A DNA stretch of 63,908 bases, filler included, from Lenisia limosa (Eukaryota > Protista > Breviatea): the NCBI GenBank assembly GCA_001655205.1. It is 10 parts of 10 records of this genome, joined end to end, with 100 filler letters (N's around TTAATTAATTAA, not from the genome) between each part and the next. Parts side by side here need not be neighbours in the genome. Positions count along the whole stretch, not along the records: positions 59,650 to 61,655 come from LPNZ01008921.1; positions 61,756 to 63,908 come from LPNZ01006011.1; 8 more parts are not named here. The stretch is one strand, 5' to 3'. The translations under genes were made by a program, and so were the position numbers. Each line of letters begins with the position of its first letter. The first letter of the stretch is position 1. Under the pieces are notes generated by a model. That model ran no database searches. It worked only from the letters and a program-made list of their open reading frames with translations, and was not told the origin of the DNA. Of the stretch, positions 60,979 to 63,908 are shown piece after piece.

Positions 60979-61449
60979 AATTATATATACTATATCATAT
61001 TACATATGCTGGAGCGCCAAAACTCCGAATTTTATTTTCTTACACAAACTTGTCAAGTTCAACTGGTTTTTATTCAGGAAAAGCTTAATTGAAACATCGA
61101 AAACACCCAGTGATAAATGACTTATAAAACAGAGTTACCTGTGGTTATCCCAATAAAAATGGACATTTTTATATTCATACATAACTCACAAACAGACTGT
61201 AACCANNNNNNNNNNNNNNNNNNNNNNNNNNNNNNNNNNNNNNNNNNNNNNNNNNNNNNNNNNNNNNNNNNNNNNNNNNNNNNNNNNNNNNNNNNNNNNN
61301 NNNNNNNNNNNNNNNNNNNNNNNNNNNNNNNNNNNNNNNNNNNNNNNNNNNNNNNNNNAACAACAAATTCAGTTAGCTCACGGACTAATAAATATACTCA
61401 CGATTATCAAAACTCGACCACCATATGAAAATACAACCCAGTATGGTCA

Positions 61450-63722
61450 TCGTACCTGTCCCGGCTGGCGACAAGGATACAAACGACAGTGGCTTCTTGA
61501 CATCTTCAGTAATTGCACCAATGTTNNNNNNNNNNGACTAAAAATATACACTAAACTCTCTCCTTAGCAGCCTTCTGCCTTTTGACGTGGTAAGTTTCAT
61601 CTGCCGTACAACATTGGGCTTGAGGTCGTCAGGATTGGCAATAATCTGTTGGAGTNNNNNNNNNNNNNNNNNNNNNNNNNNNNNNNNNNNNNNNNNNNNT
61701 TAATTAATTAANNNNNNNNNNNNNNNNNNNNNNNNNNNNNNNNNNNNNNNNNNNNGGGGGGGGGGGGTGAAACGAAGAGAATTTCAATGACCCATCGTGT
61801 GAATTATCCCGAAGGGTCATTTTAAAAGTACTAATGAATATCAGTGGGATAGCTCCCCTCACCTTTACATAGGCGATAAGCGGCCGAGAGTTTGAGATAG
61901 GGTAGGTACCAAGGCTGTACGGGGGAAAAGGTTAGGGCGGTTGAATAAAAGTGGTTCTGGTTGATGTGTTCAAAGCTGACCCAAAGCCTCTCATTTTTCT
62001 TCCTCTCCCAAACTGCAGCACCCAGCACATAGCAAAAAATACACAACACGTCCCCCCCCCCCCCATTCCTNNNNNNNNNNNNNNNNNNNNNNNNNNNNNN
62101 NNNNNNNNNNNNNNNNNNNNNNNNNNNNNNNNNNNNNNNNNNNNNNNNNNNNNNNNNNNNNNNNNNNNNNNNNNNNNNNNNNNNNNNNNNNNNNNNNNNN
62201 NNNNNNNNNNNNNNNNNNNNNNNNATAAATAAAGCCAGTCGCTTCTAAGCCCAAACCCCCTTCGACAAATTTTCATCCATAATACAAATAACTCCACACC
62301 TTGACAGCAACTTGAACATCCAGGGCCGAGGAAGGCCCGTGGGCTGAGACCTAGGGGTGATGACGTGGGAACGACAGTTTTGGTACGTATCATAATAGGG
62401 CTTCCCTAAGGAAACAAAATATATACTATTTCTCGATAAATCTTTAATAAATATCGATATTTGAAGGTCTTTTTCGGACCGCAGGGAAGCCTTAATCGTA
62501 TAATACTAAAAACACATATCATATCGTTTGCATATCACACGCACGTAGTTATGGTGGAAATTATTTTTTCAATTCATTTCCTCAAAAATGAACTCCACGG
62601 AGTCCTAACAAAACCCAAGAAGCTCACGTCCATGGTGAACGTCATAATAGTGGCGGATCCAGCAACCAAATCAGTGACGTCTTGCGTGAAGTTGGAAAGC
62701 TGTATAGTAAGAACAGGGTGAATTCTTCCTCCCAAAAAAAAATAGAGACAAAGTAGCTGTATCGTCAGTTGTTACGATAATATGTTATCAAATGAGGCAA
62801 AAATGGGAAATAAAAATTGGGATTATCAGGCGAAGCCGTCCCCTCATACATTATTANNNNNNNNNNNNNNNNNNNNNNNNNNNNNNNNNNNNNNNNNNNN
62901 NNNNNNNNNNNNNNNNNNNNNNNNNNNNNNNNNNNNNNNNNNNNNNNNNNNNNNNTGGTCACAGTGTAACCGTCATCTTCGGGGATAACGTCTGCGTCTG
63001 GGTCGTACTAGGGGGATGGTGAGTTTAATTGGAAAATTGATGCAACAAAATAACAAAACACACACCCAGAATCAACTCTGTTCGCTAGGTGATAAGGGTG
63101 ACTAATAGTCGCATTGTACAATCCCTCCCCTTCCACACTCAATCCCCTTAATTTGTTTCTATTTTTTTTTTCCAAAAAAAACGCAGTGTTTACCCCCCCC
63201 CCCNNNNNNNNNNNNNNNNNNNNNNNNNNNNNNNNNNNNNNNNNNNNNNNNNNNNNNNNNNNNNNNNNNNNNNNNNNNNNNNNNNNNNNNNNNNNNNNNN
63301 NNNNNNNNNNNNNNNTCAGCGTGAATGACGTCACAATGGCCGGGCTTGCCACGTCATCGTCTGGATTGGTGTCCACTGCAACTACGCCAACTTCGCAGTG
63401 GAAGTCCTGGATAATGATCAGATGATCTGATGGGAGCAAAATATATGTGTCATTATAATTTTTATATACTATGATATGATATATTATTCCAAGGGCTTCC
63501 CAATGGTCCCAAAAAAGACAATTTCTCGATAAATATCGATATTTTCACGGTCTTTTTCGGATCGTAGGGAAGCCCCATTACTATTAATTACATGTTTAAC
63601 TGGTCAAAAGGACCCAAAAATGACTCTGATTAACCCACAATGCTATCCAGGGTTGTGCATTTGCCATTGGGGTCGTGAGATACGTAGGTCATACCCGCGG
63701 GTACGGAGAAGTTGAACTGCAA
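61450..63722 (-). CDS. Surface protein fragment with DUF11/OmcB-like Ig-fold repeats
   Basis: Exons FNFSVPAGMTYVSHDPNGKCTTLDSIV, VAVDTNPDDDVASPA, QDVTDLVAGSATIMTFTMD-VSAHGPSSALDVQVAVK, and downstream ...TTSKGRRLLR; resembles the DUF11 consensus (TYtitV.N.Gp..A.dV.V.d.LP.Gl.yvs; D.n..nn.a). Confidence 0.5.
62225..62250 (-). repeat. Intronic dispersed repeat family B, copy 7 (5' part, remainder probably in the gap)
   Basis: Minus strand ttagaagcgactggctttatttat followed by N. Confidence 0.5.
62397..62493. mobile_element. MITE family A, intronic
   Basis: agggcttccctaagg...ccgcagggaagcctt with the tctcgataaa...tatcgatattt core. Confidence 0.8.
63060..63090 (-). repeat. Intronic dispersed repeat family B, copy 8 (3' remnant)
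   Basis: Minus strand ctagcgaacagagttgattctgggtgtg. Confidence 0.55.
63492..63576. mobile_element. MITE family A, intronic
   Basis: agggcttcccaatggtcc...gatcgtagggaagcccc. Confidence 0.82.
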
Positions 63723-63908
63723 GGTGAGAGTGGAGAGGGGAGTGAAACGAAGGAGGCGTAAAAGGACAACCACGAACTGAATAATCTGAAACTCTAAACA
63801 ACAACAAAAACAAACAAAAAACAAAAAACAAACAAAAAAACAAACAAAAAACAAACAAGCAATAACAAACACGATAATGGGTGGTGAAAAATGGGTGAGA
63901 GAGGAGAG

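Noticed and set aside
2204-63315. ORF-track entries containing X runs
   Set aside because: Open only because N gaps hide stop codons; most are intronic sequence.
1-63908. Alternative genetic code or non-canonical splice sites
   Set aside because: Conserved genes translate cleanly with the standard code, TAA and TAG are used as stops, and introns are GT-AG; apparent GC donors were not needed.

Overview
This is a eukaryotic (probably protist) draft-assembly window with dense GT-AG introns and many N gaps. Nine artificial 100-bp joins (44 N + TTAATTAATTAA + 44 N) stitch contigs together. I reconstructed about 15 spliced genes by eye, so exon boundaries are approximate. Well supported: eIF2B epsilon (-), GGPP synthase (+), a multi-SH3 protein (+), an FH1-FH2 formin (-), a tandem-chromodomain CHD-like fragment (+), a homolog of the plant ASCH-associated uncharacterised protein (+), RAD51C (-), Rab18 (+) and two large Cys-rich extracellular proteins. 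Weaker: a BRCT protein, a DUF11-like repeat surface protein, a small secreted protein and two unknown genes. Introns carry two dispersed repeat families. One is a ~100-bp MITE with 8-10-bp TSDs. The other is an ~80-100-bp element that lies in sense orientation in all 8 copies, usually 30-160 nt upstream of a 3' splice site. Other notable observations: eight PxWMxxxKK-type motifs in the formin tail, mostly one per symmetric exon; a toxin-like GARALAKH...GFLEP domain; tandem duplications that copy splice sites; G-runs after donors with C-runs before acceptors; and an 828-bp higher-order repeat. No rRNA, tRNA or CRISPR array was recognised.
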